Numbered from the stretch's first letter, positions 20,716 through 33,488 are shown. The stretch is DNA of 64,000 nt from Acidobacteriota bacterium (GCA_965217775.1 CBDCJH010000002.1:4864001-4928000), one strand, 5' to 3'. Numbers and translations are program-made. Notes: generated by a model from the sequence alone, not told the origin.

Positions 20716-23034
20716 ATGAGACACACCCCCTTGTCGATCGTTCTTCTGTTCTGCACGGTCCCGGTCTGGGCCAACGATGCGGCCGGCTCTTCCGGGCAAG
20801 CCGCGGTGGAGCGACGACCCTTCGTCAAGTTCGTGACTCTCACCGGGGAACTCAAGGCCAGCGAATCCCTCATCGTGTACTCGCCCCGCATACCCCAACA
20901 ATGGAACCTGACATTGGGTCATTTGGCGGCTCAGGGATCGGCGGTCCGGAAGGGCGATCTGCTGGTGAAGTTCGATGGCTCCAGTCTGGAGACGGAACGG
21001 TTGGACCTGGAGAAGACACGCGAGGAAGCCCGCCTCAAGATCGCCCGCAAGGAGGCCGAGATCGGGTCCAAACGGCAGGAGCAACTTCTGCTCAAGGCGA
21101 CCGCCGAAAAAGAATTGAAGGTCGCCCTGATCTACTCCGAGATTCCGCCGGATCTCGTCCCTCGCGAAGATTCCGCCAGATACAAGTACGACGTCTCGCA
21201 GGCCAGGATCAAGCTCGAAAAAGCCGACCAGCAACTCGCCGGCACGAAGGAGACCGGACTGGCCGAACTGGAGGTTCTCGAACTCGACTACCAACGGGCC
21301 GATCTGCAACTTGAACAGCTGCTTCAGGCTATGGATCGGCTCACGGTCCGGGGCCCCACATCCGGACTGGCCGTCCGAGCGCGGCATTACCGGGAAGAGC
21401 GAAAGCTCCAGGCGGGAGACTCGGTTTTTGGAGGGTATCCGGTCATGATGCTCCCCAACCTGGACAACCTGGAAGTCGCCGCCGTCGTCTACGATTCCGA
21501 TCTTGCTCTGTTGCAGGAAGGATTGAAGGCCGAGGTGATCCTGGATGCACATCCTTCCCGCCCCTTCCGGGGACGTGTGCTGCGGGTTTCGGAAGCGGCG
21601 AAGTCCAAGTCGCGGAGGTCCCAACTCAAGGTCTTCGAGGCCCGAGTGTCTCTACTGGAAACGGATCCGGACATCATGAAGCCGGGAATGACGGCTCGAG
21701 TGAGGATTCCGGTTCCGGTCGGCGAGCGGTTGACGGCACCCCGGGAGGCGCTCCATCTGGGCCCCGATGGTGAGGTTTTCGCGCGGGGTGAGATGGGCCG
21801 GAAGCTGCCGGTGCAAGTCCTGGATACGACGGACCGCTGGGTAGCACTCGCCGGACTGGATGCCGGACAGAAACTCCTCCTGAACTCCGATGCGAGCCCG
21901 AGTCGACGATCGGAGGGGGATTGGATCCGGATGAAGCGGGAGAATTTTACGCTCACCGTACCCGGCAACGGGGTGCTCAAGGCAGCTTTGGCGACCTTGA
22001 TTCGGTCCCCGGTTCTCCCCAATACCTGGCGTCACAAGATCACCCATATGGCGCCCGAAGGAAGCTCAGTCGAAAAAGGCGAAATTGTGGTGCGATTGGA
22101 TCCCACGGAAGTCGAGAAGAAATTGCGTGAGGAATCGGCCAACGTCGAGAAGGCCCGGGAGGAGTACGAGAAGACCAAGGCGTCATTGGAGCTGGCGGCC
22201 CGGGATCTGGATCTGGAGTTGGAAGAAGCCCGGGTCGATGCCCGGAAGAAGGAAAAACAACTGGATCAAGCCAGAGAATTTCAATCGATCCTCGACGTCA
22301 AGAAGGCAGACTACGAGGCGGAGTTGGCTCGTCGAAAGGTTGAGACTCTGGAGTTGCGGCGGAGGTTCGTGAAGCAGGACGCCGACCTGCAGCTCAAGAT
22401 CCTGCAAGACAGCCAGCGGCTTTATGAAAAGAGAGCCTCTCATCACCGAAAATCGATCCAGGCCATGGAAATCGTCTCACCCCGGGCCGGCACCGTCCTC
22501 TACCAGAGGAACTGGCGTAACGAACCGGTGCGGGTCGGAAGTGATGTGTATATGGGCAGCACCATCATGAGCCTTCCCGACCTGTCGAGCCTGGTGGTGG
22601 AAGCGCGGGTCGCGGAAATCGACGCCGGAAAAGTCCGCGTCGGCCAAGAGGTCAGAGTCGACCTGGACGCGATTCCGGACCGGACTTTCAAGGGAAGGAT
22701 CGCGTCGGTGGCCACCCTCTTCTCTCCGGCCAGCTTCGATCGGCCCATGAAGGTGCTGGACCTCACAGTGGAGCTGGAGCGCGTGGACCAGGACAGGATG
22801 CGTCCGGGTATGGCAACCCGGATCCGGATCGTCGTCAACCACTTCCAGGATGTTCTGACCTTGCCCCTGTCGGTCATTCAGACGGAGAACGGCGAGTCCT
22901 TCGTCTGGGTGAAGCAGGACGGTGGACCTGTCAGGCGGTCCATCAAGTTGGGTCGAGACAACGGTGTCGTCGCCGTGGTCAAGGAAGGGCTGTCGGAGGG
23001 AGAGGAGGTCGCCAATGTGCCGGATGCCGGGTGA
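20716..23034 (+). CDS. Tandem double HlyD/MacA-type periplasmic adaptor (two membrane-fusion modules in one chain)
   Basis: Two repeats of G.LKA / GS.V.KG / coiled coil / LPNL..L.V.A / LDA.P.R.F.G / M(K/R)PGM.AR; signal peptide. Confidence 0.87.
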   Translation: MRHTPLSIVLLFCTVPVWANDAAGSSGQAAVERRPFVKFVTLTGELKASESLIVYSPRIPQQWNLTLGHLAAQGSAVRKGDLLVKFDGSSLETERLDLEKTREEARLKIARKEAEIGSKRQEQLLLKATAEKELKVALIYSEIPPDLVPREDSARYKYDVSQARIKLEKADQQLAGTKETGLAELEVLELDYQRADLQLEQLLQAMDRLTVRGPTSGLAVRARHYREERKLQAGDSVFGGYPVMMLPNLDNLEVAAVVYDSDLALLQEGLKAEVILDAHPSRPFRGRVLRVSEAAKSKSRRSQLKVFEARVSLLETDPDIMKPGMTARVRIPVPVGERLTAPREALHLGPDGEVFARGEMGRKLPVQVLDTTDRWVALAGLDAGQKLLLNSDASPSRRSEGDWIRMKRENFTLTVPGNGVLKAALATLIRSPVLPNTWRHKITHMAPEGSSVEKGEIVVRLDPTEVEKKLREESANVEKAREEYEKTKASLELAARDLDLELEEARVDARKKEKQLDQAREFQSILDVKKADYEAELARRKVETLELRRRFVKQDADLQLKILQDSQRLYEKRASHHRKSIQAMEIVSPRAGTVLYQRNWRNEPVRVGSDVYMGSTIMSLPDLSSLVVEARVAEIDAGKVRVGQEVRVDLDAIPDRTFKGRIASVATLFSPASFDRPMKVLDLTVELERVDQDRMRPGMATRIRIVVNHFQDVLTLPLSVIQTENGESFVWVKQDGGPVRRSIKLGRDNGVVAVVKEGLSEGEEVANVPDAG

Positions 23035-23192
23035 CAGCCCGTGGCAAAAGTCATCACGGCATTCGACCGTCCCTGCATCCCGGCGGACGGCGTTGCGATT
23101 CGGGCACATACTCCCGGTATGCACCCGAATCGCGCCTTGTCCGGCGGGCGCAGGAACGGTCTCGGTGCTCGCGGGACTTTCACCACGGACTG
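23035..23192 (+). mobile_element. MITE family A copy 1 (158 nt)
   Basis: TIR cagcccgtggcaaaagtc ... gactttcaccacggactg and central hairpin gcgattcgggcacatactcccggtatgcacccgaatcgc; homologous copies at 25634, 42036, 55884 and 60208. Confidence 0.85.
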
Positions 23193-23356
23193 GCAAGGAA
23201 TTCGATCCCTGCCGACAACAACGGGAAGCCGACAAGCCCCCTCCGCACCGCACGGACCCTACCAGCTACAGGATGGGGGTTCGCTACAAGATCCAACGTT
23301 CAGCGATTCTACCGACGTCCTCGCGATGGCCCCCAGGCGGTGCCATACTCGATTTC

Positions 23357-25615
23357 ATGAAATACCTGCCCGGCCTGCTACTGCTTTCTTGCGCGATGGC
23401 TTCAGGAGAACCTCTCCATTGCGACTTCACGGACTACCGGCCCCTGGAGGGCCTGGAGGCCAGGAGCGTCGACGGAGACGTGGTCTTTGAATGGACAGGC
23501 TCCGAAGCGCCGGTGCAAGCCGGTGCCGGAACCTCAGCCGGGCAGCTCCGGGCAAGGTTCGGCCTGGAGGGCGCCCAGCCGGTCATACGGCAAATGGCCG
23601 CACTGTCCAGGCCGGGGCATTGGGCACCGCTCGTGCAAGACGCCCGCCCACAGTTCCATGTAGCGGAGGGAAAGCGCCGCATTTCCTACCAGCAGTTGCG
23701 GCCGATGCAGGACCTGGGCCGCGAGGCCACGCCTGAAGTCGTGGAGCAAGAGAAATGGAAGGTCTTCTGGGACGCGCCGCTGAATCTGCCGGGTCTCGAA
23801 GGCGTGAACCCCGGGCTCCCCAGGGATCCCTCGGAGGTGACGCGCAGCGAGGTCCGATACAGCGTCAAAGGGTGCCGGGTGCGCCGGGATGGTGTGCGGC
23901 TCGAGATTTCGTTTGACGGCTTGACGTTGGGCTCGTTCGAAGGGAGCCTTCGATTCACCGTTTACAAGGGATCCAACCTGGTTCGCCAAGAGGCCGTGGC
24001 GGCGACAACCAAGCCATCGGTCGCGTACGTCTATCGCGCCGGGCTGGGCGGGCTGGAGAGCGATGACTACCGGCGTCTGCGCTGGAGGGACATCGCCAGG
24101 GACTGGCAGCACTATCGCTTCGGTGGTGGAGTCAATGAGGGGCCCGTTCCGCTTCGCGCCCGCAACCGGGTCGTCCTGCTCGAGCGGGAGCGCGGTGCGC
24201 TCGCGATCTTCCCCCCCTCTCACAAGTTCTTCTTCGCGCGTGAGATCGAGATGAATCTCGGGTACGTCTGGTACCGGCAGGGAGAGGAGGGGCGCTTCGA
24301 CGTCGGTGTGCGCCAGGCCGAGCGGGAAGAGATGTTCCGCCCGTGGGGCGCTGCCAAGGAAATCTGGGAAAAGCGAGTGCGTCAATCGCGCGCCTTCGCG
24401 GAAGGCAACTTCGCTCTCTACAACGCTCCGCCGGGAACGCTGCAGCGGATGGCCGTCTATTACTACCTGGGACCGCGGGACGCGGAGTCCACCCTGAAAG
24501 AAGTGCTGGCCTACACTCATGGCGACAAGTACAAGCCGCTGGATGGCCATCAAGTGGCGGTCAGCCATTTCCATACGCACTTCGCCGAGCAGCTGGTTGA
24601 CCTCGGATCCCTTGACGCGAGGCCTCCGTGGGTTTCGGCATTCAGGGGCCTGGGGATCAACATCGCGATGATGTCCGATTTTCATGGCGACGGCCACCCG
24701 CAGGACGAAGGTGAAGTCCGGTTCAGGGAACTTGGCGAGTACTTCGAGGCTTGCCGGCGCCACTCGGACAAGGATTTCCTGCTGCTGCCCGGCGAGGAGC
24801 CGAACGTGCATTTTGGCGGGCACTACACGCTTGTGTTCCCGAGGCCGGTTTATTGGTCCAAGGTGCGCGGGTCCGATAAAGCGTTCCAGGCAAGCCACCC
24901 GGAATACGGGACGGTTTACCGCGTGGGCTCGGCGGGCGAGATGCTCTCGATGCTCGAAACGGAGAAAGGCCTGCTATGGCAGGCGCACCCGCGCACCAAG
25001 GGTTCGACGTTCTATCCCGATGTCGTGCGGGAGGCGCCCCACTTTCTCAGCGACCGCTATCTGGGGGGAGCCTTCCAATCCCTTCCGGCGGACCTGTCGA
25101 AGCCGAGGATCTGCGAGGAACGGTGCTTCGGAACCCTCGACGACATGAACAATTGGGCGGGGCCAAAGTACATGATTGCGGAGGGCGATACGTACACGAA
25201 GTATCCCGAGGACGAGATCTATCCGCACTTGATCGTCAACTATGTGCGGTTGAGCGAGTTGCCCGCATTCGACGAGGACTGGAGCCCTATCACCGAGGCG
25301 ATGAGGCGGGGAGAGTTCTTCGTCTCGACAGGGGAGGTTTTGATCCCGTCCCACGAGGTCGAAGGATTCGAGGACCGCAAGACGTTTGTCGCCGAGGTCG
25401 AATGGACATTCCCGCTTGAGTTCGTAGAACTCGTGTGGGGCGACGGCAAAGCGACTGGCAGGCAGGTGCTGCCGACAACCGGCCTCGGTTCGTTCGGTCG
25501 CAAGACATTCCGGATGGAATTCGATTCGCCGGGCAAGAAGTGGGTGCGGTTTGCTGCCTGGGATTCGGCCGGCAACGGGGCCTTCACCCAGCCAATCCAC
25601 CTGTCGGGACGGTGA
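23357..25615 (+). CDS. Secreted protein with C-terminal PHP-like (CehA/McbA-type) metallohydrolase domain
   Basis: Signal peptide MKYLPGLLLLSCAMASG; metal-ligand-like motifs HFHTH, SDFHGDGH, GEEPNVHFGGH, AHPRTK, EGD. Confidence 0.72.
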   Translation: MKYLPGLLLLSCAMASGEPLHCDFTDYRPLEGLEARSVDGDVVFEWTGSEAPVQAGAGTSAGQLRARFGLEGAQPVIRQMAALSRPGHWAPLVQDARPQFHVAEGKRRISYQQLRPMQDLGREATPEVVEQEKWKVFWDAPLNLPGLEGVNPGLPRDPSEVTRSEVRYSVKGCRVRRDGVRLEISFDGLTLGSFEGSLRFTVYKGSNLVRQEAVAATTKPSVAYVYRAGLGGLESDDYRRLRWRDIARDWQHYRFGGGVNEGPVPLRARNRVVLLERERGALAIFPPSHKFFFAREIEMNLGYVWYRQGEEGRFDVGVRQAEREEMFRPWGAAKEIWEKRVRQSRAFAEGNFALYNAPPGTLQRMAVYYYLGPRDAESTLKEVLAYTHGDKYKPLDGHQVAVSHFHTHFAEQLVDLGSLDARPPWVSAFRGLGINIAMMSDFHGDGHPQDEGEVRFRELGEYFEACRRHSDKDFLLLPGEEPNVHFGGHYTLVFPRPVYWSKVRGSDKAFQASHPEYGTVYRVGSAGEMLSMLETEKGLLWQAHPRTKGSTFYPDVVREAPHFLSDRYLGGAFQSLPADLSKPRICEERCFGTLDDMNNWAGPKYMIAEGDTYTKYPEDEIYPHLIVNYVRLSELPAFDEDWSPITEAMRRGEFFVSTGEVLIPSHEVEGFEDRKTFVAEVEWTFPLEFVELVWGDGKATGRQVLPTTGLGSFGRKTFRMEFDSPGKKWVRFAAWDSAGNGAFTQPIHLSGR

Positions 25616-25633
25616 GGGCGCAAGTTGCTTTAC

Positions 25634-25730
25634 CAGCCCGTGGCAAAAGTCGTCGCGGCATTCGACCGTCCCTGCATCCCGGCGGGCGCAGGAACGGTTT
25701 CGGTGCTCGCGGGACTTTCACCACGGGCTG
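25634..25730 (+). mobile_element. MITE family A copy 2 (97 nt, central hairpin deleted)
   Basis: Same TIRs as copy 1; lacks the 61 nt (23087-23147 in copy 1) between two CCGGCGG direct repeats. Confidence 0.85.
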
Positions 25731-25774
25731 GTACGATGGGTATTCATGTCCGTTCCCGGGGCGCCGGAGGGCCG

Positions 25775-27079
25775 ATGAAGAAAGTCTACCTGGCATTGTC
25801 GCTGCTGGTCGTCGCGGCGGGCGTCGCTTCCCATTTCCGGGATCTGGGCAGACAATGGTTGGCCACCCTGATGGATCCGCGGGAAAACGAACCCGTACCC
25901 CTGCTGCGGGTGACCCCCCAAAACTATCGGGTCCTGGTTCGAGCCGACGGCGAACTCACGGGACTGCAGATCACACCGGTTCATGCCCCCATGGTGAAGA
26001 CCGGATCGCTGAAGGTGGCCTGGCTGGCCGATGAGGGCCAGATCGTCGGGAAAGGGGACACGGTGGTCGTGTTCGACCAGACCGACGCGGTGTTGACCCT
26101 GAAGCAAAGCCACAACACCCTCGACACTCAGGATCACCTCATAGAGAAGCAGAAAATGGAGGCCCGGAGCCGGGCCGAGACCCTGAAGCGGGATCTCGAG
26201 AGCACGGAACTGGAATTGGACTACACCCAGGACCAGATCCGGAAGGACGAACAGATCTTCTCCCGCTGGGAAATCCAGGAATCGATCATGAGCGCCTCCC
26301 TGGCCCGGTACAGAAAGGGCCATCTGAATCGTAAGGGGGAGGTGGAGCAGGGTCTCTCCCAGGCCGACATGCGTCTCCTCCAGGTCGACCGGAAAATGGC
26401 CGAAACGGAGATGAAACTGGCCCGGGAGACCCTTTCCTCACTGGAGGCCAAGGCTCCGGTCGGCGGCGTCGTCCTCTACAAACGGAGTTGGACCGTCCTC
26501 GAAGTGGGCTCCGAGGTCTGGCCCGCACAGCCCTTGATGGAAATCGCCGATACGGACCGCTTTCGTGGCCGGTTGTTCGTCCCGGAGAACCAGATTCGGG
26601 GCGTGCGGATCGGCAGGAAGGTCCAGGTTCGGCTCGACGCGTTTCCGGGGGAGAACTTCTCGGGAGAAATCGACAAAGTGGACAAGATCGCCCGCCAGCG
26701 GCATCCGCGCGACCCCCGGAAATTCTTCCTCTGCGAAGCTCGTCTCGACGTCTCACCCGATTCCCTGGAAAGGCTGAACCCGGGCATGCGATTCTCCGCC
26801 GAGATCGAGTTGGCGGAAAAAAGCAACGCCGTCGTGATTCCTCGGAGCGCGGTCATCAAGAAGGATTCGGGTTTCGTGGTCTTCGTCCGGGAAGGCGACG
26901 AATACCTGGAGAAAAAGATCGAGATCGTGGACAGCGACTTCGGCTTCCACGTGGTTCAGGGGGTGGCTGCGGGGACCCAGATCTGCCTCCGCCACCCCCT
27001 GGAGGATCAGCGACTCCACCTTCCCGACTTCAGCTCGCCGACGGCGGGAACTCAACGGCGCCGTTTCGTCCCCTTTTGA
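25775..27079 (+). CDS. HlyD/MacA-type efflux periplasmic adaptor
   Basis: N-terminal TM anchor, GELTG, EGQIVGKGD, LDAFPGENFSGEI, LNPGMRF; GGAGG RBS before ATG 25775. Confidence 0.88.
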   Translation: MKKVYLALSLLVVAAGVASHFRDLGRQWLATLMDPRENEPVPLLRVTPQNYRVLVRADGELTGLQITPVHAPMVKTGSLKVAWLADEGQIVGKGDTVVVFDQTDAVLTLKQSHNTLDTQDHLIEKQKMEARSRAETLKRDLESTELELDYTQDQIRKDEQIFSRWEIQESIMSASLARYRKGHLNRKGEVEQGLSQADMRLLQVDRKMAETEMKLARETLSSLEAKAPVGGVVLYKRSWTVLEVGSEVWPAQPLMEIADTDRFRGRLFVPENQIRGVRIGRKVQVRLDAFPGENFSGEIDKVDKIARQRHPRDPRKFFLCEARLDVSPDSLERLNPGMRFSAEIELAEKSNAVVIPRSAVIKKDSGFVVFVREGDEYLEKKIEIVDSDFGFHVVQGVAAGTQICLRHPLEDQRLHLPDFSSPTAGTQRRRFVPF

Positions 27080-27083
27080 GCGC

Positions 27084-28319
27084 ATGTTCTTCGCCGAGTC
27101 GGTCAAGATCGCCTTTTCCAACCTGCTGCTGCACAAGCTCCGCACGTCTCTGACCATGTTGGGCATGATCTTCGGGGTGGCCGCCGTCCTGTCGATGCTC
27201 TCCATCGGGGCCGGAGCCGGTCGGGAAGCCCTGTCACTGATCCGGAAAATGGGGCTGCGAAACATCCTGATCCGGGCCCAGGCATTCGAGGAAGAGGAGC
27301 TCCGAATCATCCGTCAGGACTCTCCCGGCCTGACCCGCCATGATGTCCAGGCCCTGAGACAAGTGCTTCCGGCCGGAACCCGGATCAACGCCAAGAAAGA
27401 ACACAAGACCTACCAGATCGCTTCGGCGCTGGGGAGAGGGGATTCACGGCTCATCGGAGTGGACGCCGGATACCCTCTCGCCGCCAATCTGAAATTGGTG
27501 GAAGGCTCTTTCTTCCTGCCCACGGACGGCCTCAAGCGCCACCAGGTCTGCGTCCTGGGAAAGACGGCTCGCCGCAAGCTCTTCGGTCTGAATCCGGCGC
27601 TGGGAGAGCAGGTGAAGATCGATGCGCTCTGGTTCACCGTGGTGGGAGTCCTGGCCGATCAACTACTGGAAAAGGATGAGTTCGAAGGCGTCAAGATCGA
27701 GAGCGTGAACAACGACATCTACGTCCCGTTGGAGACTCTTCTGGCCAAGTACGAACGGAAACCGGTGGAGAACGAGCTGGATGAGATCATCGTCCGGATT
27801 CCCCCGGACCAGGTTCTTTCCGAGCAGGCGGCCGTGATCTCCGGCATGGTCGCAAGCACCCACCGGAACATAGACGACTTCTCCATCGTGGTGCCGGAGC
27901 GGCTGTTGGAACAGAGCCGGCAGACCCAACGGATCTTCAATCTGGTGATGGGAGCCATCGCCTCCATCTCCCTGCTGGTCGGAGGAATCGGAATCATGAA
28001 CATCATGCTGGCATCGGTTCTGGAACGGACCAACGAAATCGGCCTGCGCCGTGCGGTCGGCGCGCGCCGCCGGGACATCAGCCGGCAGTTCCTGTTGGAA
28101 GCCTTAACCATCAGCCTGAGCGGGGCGGCCTTGGGCGTCCTGCTGGGTTCCTCGATCTCCAGCCTGGTCTCCACCTACGCCGGTTGGCCGACGACGATCA
28201 CCGGCGTGTCCGTCCTGCTGGCGGTCGGGGTCTCGGCATCCGTGGGTCTGGTCTTCGGAATCTACCCGGCGCGAAAGGCCTCCCGCGTCTCTCCCATCGA
28301 AGCCCTCCGCTATGAGTAG
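27084..28319 (+). CDS. MacB-type ABC transporter permease
   Basis: [68 protein letters not shown]. Confidence 0.93.
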   Translation: MFFAESVKIAFSNLLLHKLRTSLTMLGMIFGVAAVLSMLSIGAGAGREALSLIRKMGLRNILIRAQAFEEEELRIIRQDSPGLTRHDVQALRQVLPAGTRINAKKEHKTYQIASALGRGDSRLIGVDAGYPLAANLKLVEGSFFLPTDGLKRHQVCVLGKTARRKLFGLNPALGEQVKIDALWFTVVGVLADQLLEKDEFEGVKIESVNNDIYVPLETLLAKYERKPVENELDEIIVRIPPDQVLSEQAAVISGMVASTHRNIDDFSIVVPERLLEQSRQTQRIFNLVMGAIASISLLVGGIGIMNIMLASVLERTNEIGLRRAVGARRRDISRQFLLEALTISLSGAALGVLLGSSISSLVSTYAGWPTTITGVSVLLAVGVSASVGLVFGIYPARKASRVSPIEALRYE

Positions 28320-29076
28320 AGCTCCCACCGGCAAAGCTGCCGAAATGGCGGGGACAAGACGAGATCGAACTCCCGAGGTCCTGATTCGAGCCGTCGACCT
28401 CTGGAAAAGCTACCAGGTGGGTACGGAGACGATTCACGCCCTGCGCGATCTCAGCTTCCGGATCGACAAAAACGAATACGTGGCCATCATGGGTCCGTCC
28501 GGCTCCGGAAAGTCCACTTTGATGAACGTCATCGGCTGTTTGGACACCCCGACTCGCGGACAGTACTTCCTTCACGAGAAACGGGTCAGCGCCATGGACG
28601 ATGACGAATTGGCCCAGGTCCGGAACCAGGAAATCGGTTTCGTCTTCCAGACCTTCAACCTGCTGGCGAGAGCCTCCGCCTACCAGAACGTCGAGCTGCC
28701 ACTCCTCTACAGTCGACTCCCCCGCTCACAGCGTCGTGCCAGAACCCGTGAGATCCTGTCGCAGGTCGAACTCAGCGACCGGGCCAACCACCGGCCCAAC
28801 GAGGTGTCCGGAGGGCAACGCCAGCGGATAGCAATTGCCCGCGCCCTCGTCAATCGCCCCTCCATCCTGTTGGCCGACGAGCCCACCGGCAACCTGGATT
28901 CGCGTACGGGCCGGGAGATCCTGAACCTTTTCGATACGCTGCACCGGAAAGGCAATACGATCCTCCTGGTCACCCATGACTCCAATGTCGCCGCCCGTGC
29001 CGATCGCGTGATCGAGTTGCTGGATGGAAAGATCACACGGGACGAGAAGTTGCGCTTCCGGGGTGGATCGATATGA
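28312..29076 (+). CDS. MacB/LolD-type ABC transporter ATP-binding protein
   Basis: [32 protein letters not shown]. Confidence 0.94.
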   Translation: MSRAPTGKAAEMAGTRRDRTPEVLIRAVDLWKSYQVGTETIHALRDLSFRIDKNEYVAIMGPSGSGKSTLMNVIGCLDTPTRGQYFLHEKRVSAMDDDELAQVRNQEIGFVFQTFNLLARASAYQNVELPLLYSRLPRSQRRARTREILSQVELSDRANHRPNEVSGGQRQRIAIARALVNRPSILLADEPTGNLDSRTGREILNLFDTLHRKGNTILLVTHDSNVAARADRVIELLDGKITRDEKLRFRGGSI

Positions 29077-29088
29077 ACCGGCTCCGGA

Positions 29089-30090
29089 TCAGAACATCTC
29101 GGTGCGCCAGAGATCATGGATGTGGATGATCCCCACCAGCCTTCCGCCGGCGTCCGGCACCAGCAGCGAGGTGATCTTCTGTCTCTCCATCAGGTTCAGG
29201 GCTTTGGTGGCCAGCTGATCGTCTCCGATGGTCACCGGGTCCGGCGTCATGCACTCGGCGGCGGTGCAGTTGAGAGTCGACGCGCCTCGACGCTGCAGCA
29301 TGCGCCGCAGGTCGCCGTCCGAGATGACTCCCACGAGCCGGTCGTCTTCCGCCACGATCCCGGCGATGCCCAGTCCTTTTCGGCTGATCTCGTCGATCAC
29401 GTCCTTCATGGAAGTGGACCATGTGGCCTTGGGGATCTCGTCCCCCCGGTGCATGAGATCGGATACCAGAATCAACTGGTTGCCCAGTCCTCCGCCCGGA
29501 TGAAGCCGGGCGAAGTCCCGGGGCCGCAGTCCCTTTCGCTCCGAGAGGGCGACGGCCAACGCATCTCCCAGGGCCAGGGCGGCGGTAGTGGATGCCGTCG
29601 GGGCCAGACCGAGAGCACAAGCCTCCCGATCCACACTGACGTCCAGGACCAGGTCCGAGTTGTGCGCGAGCGTGGATTCCAACTCCCCCACCAAGCCGAT
29701 GATGGGAACTCCAAGCCGCTTGAGTGTGGGCAGCAGGCGGACCAGTTCGTGGGTCTCGCCGCTGTTGGAAACGGCCAGGACCAGATCTCTCTCGGCCAAC
29801 ATGCCCAGGTCTCCATGGATGGCGTCTGCGGGGTGGACGAAAAGGGCGGGTGTTCCGGTGCTGGAAAGGGTCGCGGCGATCTTCCTGCCGATGATCCCCG
29901 ATTTCCCCATGCCGGTGAGGACCACGCGCCCGGTGCAGGAAACCAGCAGCTCGATGGCTTGGTCGAAGCGATGGTCGAGACGGGGAATGAGAGCCGTGAC
30001 CGCCTCCGCCTCCGTCTCCAGGACTCTCCGGGCCGTCTCCCTGGACCGGCTGGTCACGGTATTTCGACTCGGTACGGTCTCAGCTCTCAC
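29089..30090 (-). CDS. kdsD: KpsF/GutQ arabinose-5-phosphate isomerase (SIS + CBS)
   Basis: [38 protein letters not shown] pair. Confidence 0.93.
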   Translation of the reverse strand: MRAETVPSRNTVTSRSRETARRVLETEAEAVTALIPRLDHRFDQAIELLVSCTGRVVLTGMGKSGIIGRKIAATLSSTGTPALFVHPADAIHGDLGMLAERDLVLAVSNSGETHELVRLLPTLKRLGVPIIGLVGELESTLAHNSDLVLDVSVDREACALGLAPTASTTAALALGDALAVALSERKGLRPRDFARLHPGGGLGNQLILVSDLMHRGDEIPKATWSTSMKDVIDEISRKGLGIAGIVAEDDRLVGVISDGDLRRMLQRRGASTLNCTAAECMTPDPVTIGDDQLATKALNLMERQKITSLLVPDAGGRLVGIIHIHDLWRTEMF

Positions 30091-30946
30091 TGCCGTCCTT
30101 TCCAGGTGTCGAGGGTCCGCCAGCGCCTTCCTTGGACAGTGCGTCGAGCCGGCGAAGGTGTGTCAACATATCCTTCAGGAGGTCGATCCGCAACGCGTTG
30201 GCGCCGTCGCTCAGGGCCCGCTTCGGGTCTTGATGCACCTCCATGAAGAGCCCGTCGATACCCACCGCCACGGCAGCTCGCGCCAGATAGGGAATGAAGG
30301 CGCTGTCCCCCGAGCTGGATCCGCCGGCGCCGCCGGGAAGCTGGACGCTGTGGGTGGCGTCGAAGACCACTGGGACGCCCAGTTCTCTCAGCAGCGGGAG
30401 GGACCGGAAATCGACGACCAGATTATTGTAACCGAAGCTGGTCCCCCGCTCGGTGACGAGCAGGTCCTGATTGCCCGTGCTGCGGGCCTTCTCGACCGCG
30501 TGAGCCAGATCTCGGGGCGCCAGGAACTGTCCCTTCTTGATGTTGACCGGCCTTCCCGTGGCGGCCGCCGCGACGATCAGATCGGTTTGACGGCAGAGGA
30601 ACGCAGGAATCTGCAAGAGGTCCAGAACCTCCGCCGCTGGGCCCACCTGGGCCACTTCATGCACGTCGGACGTGACCGCGAGACCCAACTCGCGTCGGAT
30701 TCGCCCCAGGATCTCCAGGCCGCGGTCGAGTCCCGGGCCCCGAAAGGAGCGAATGGAGGTCCGGTTGGCCTTGTCGTAGGACGCCTTGAAGACGAAAGGG
30801 ACGCCCACGGAGGACGTGATCTCCCGGAGACGGCCAGCCACGTCGAGAGCATGATCTTCGCTCTCGATGACGCAGGGACCGGCGATGAGGAAGAAGGGTT
30901 GCCGGGCTCCGAGCCGCCATTTTCGGAGGTCCATCCGTTCAGCCAC
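30080..30946 (-). CDS. kdsA: 3-deoxy-8-phosphooctulonate (KDO8P) synthase
   Basis: [60 protein letters not shown]. Confidence 0.96.
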   Translation of the reverse strand: MAERMDLRKWRLGARQPFFLIAGPCVIESEDHALDVAGRLREITSSVGVPFVFKASYDKANRTSIRSFRGPGLDRGLEILGRIRRELGLAVTSDVHEVAQVGPAAEVLDLLQIPAFLCRQTDLIVAAAATGRPVNIKKGQFLAPRDLAHAVEKARSTGNQDLLVTERGTSFGYNNLVVDFRSLPLLRELGVPVVFDATHSVQLPGGAGGSSSGDSAFIPYLARAAVAVGIDGLFMEVHQDPKRALSDGANALRIDLLKDMLTHLRRLDALSKEGAGGPSTPGKDGSES

Positions 30947-31060
30947 AGTGACTCCGAATCATAGCGCAAAGCTGGGAAAGAGAGGGGACGCACCAAACGC
31001 ACACGCACCGGTGGCCGAGAACCGGTTTCGCGAAATTGGATTTGGGACGGAGAATTCCGA

Positions 31061-32734
<1,674 letters not shown>

Positions 32735-32750
32735 CTACGCTTGCGTGTCT

Positions 32751-33488
32751 CTAACTTGGAATTAAAGAGCCATTTTCAAAGAATGGTCTGACACGTTCCA
32801 GATCTTCCCGGGTATCGACGCCAATGCTGTCCTCGTCCACCGTGGCGACTCGAATCGGAATCCGGTTCTCCAGAAACCGGAGCTGTTCCAGCTTCTCGAT
32901 CCTCTCCAAAGGAGAAGGGCGAAGCCGTGACAGATTCAGGAGCAAACGCCTCCGGTAGCCATAAATTCCCAAATGCTTGAAAAAAGGGGCCTTCCCCTCT
33001 CGGGCAAAGGGGATCGGGGCCCGGGAGAAATACAGGGCCCGGCCCTCCGAGTCCGAGACCACTTTCACCACATGGGGATCCAAGGCATCTTCCGGGTCCG
33101 TGATGGGGACGCAAGCCGTGGCCACCTGAACCCCCGGATCTCCGTCGAAACAGGCACAGACCTGGTCGATGGTCGTGGGCGGGAGCGTCGGCTCGTCACA
33201 CTGGAGATTGATGTAGACGTCCGCCTCGATCCCTTGGGCCACCTCCGCCACTCGCTCGGTTCCGCTCCGATGCTGGTCCGAGGTCAGGACGGCGTTGCCG
33301 TCCCAGGAACGAACGGACCGAAGAATTCTCTCGTCGTCGGTGGCAACCAGGACCTGGTTCAACCGAGTCGACTGCAGGGCGCGCAAGTAGACCCATTGGA
33401 CCAGGGTCTTTCCCCCGACTTTGAGCAACGGTTTTCCGGGAAGGCGCGTAGAAGCGTAACGGGCCGGAATGACCCCCACGAAGCGCAT
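32751..33488 (-). CDS. kdsB: 3-deoxy-manno-octulosonate cytidylyltransferase
   Basis: IPARYASTRLPGKPL, SGTERVAE, LQCDEP, ALYFSRAPIP, EKLEQLR. Confidence 0.96.
   Translation of the reverse strand: MRFVGVIPARYASTRLPGKPLLKVGGKTLVQWVYLRALQSTRLNQVLVATDDERILRSVRSWDGNAVLTSDQHRSGTERVAEVAQGIEADVYINLQCDEPTLPPTTIDQVCACFDGDPGVQVATACVPITDPEDALDPHVVKVVSDSEGRALYFSRAPIPFAREGKAPFFKHLGIYGYRRRLLLNLSRLRPSPLERIEKLEQLRFLENRIPIRVATVDEDSIGVDTREDLERVRPFFENGSLIPS

Noticed and set aside
22922-23490. N-terminal ORF extensions and small ORFs reading MAKV(I/V)(T/A)AFDRPCIPA (also near 25625, 55890 and 60214)
   Set aside because: These are translations of MITE-A sequence; the real starts lie downstream (23357, 25775, 56052, 60379)
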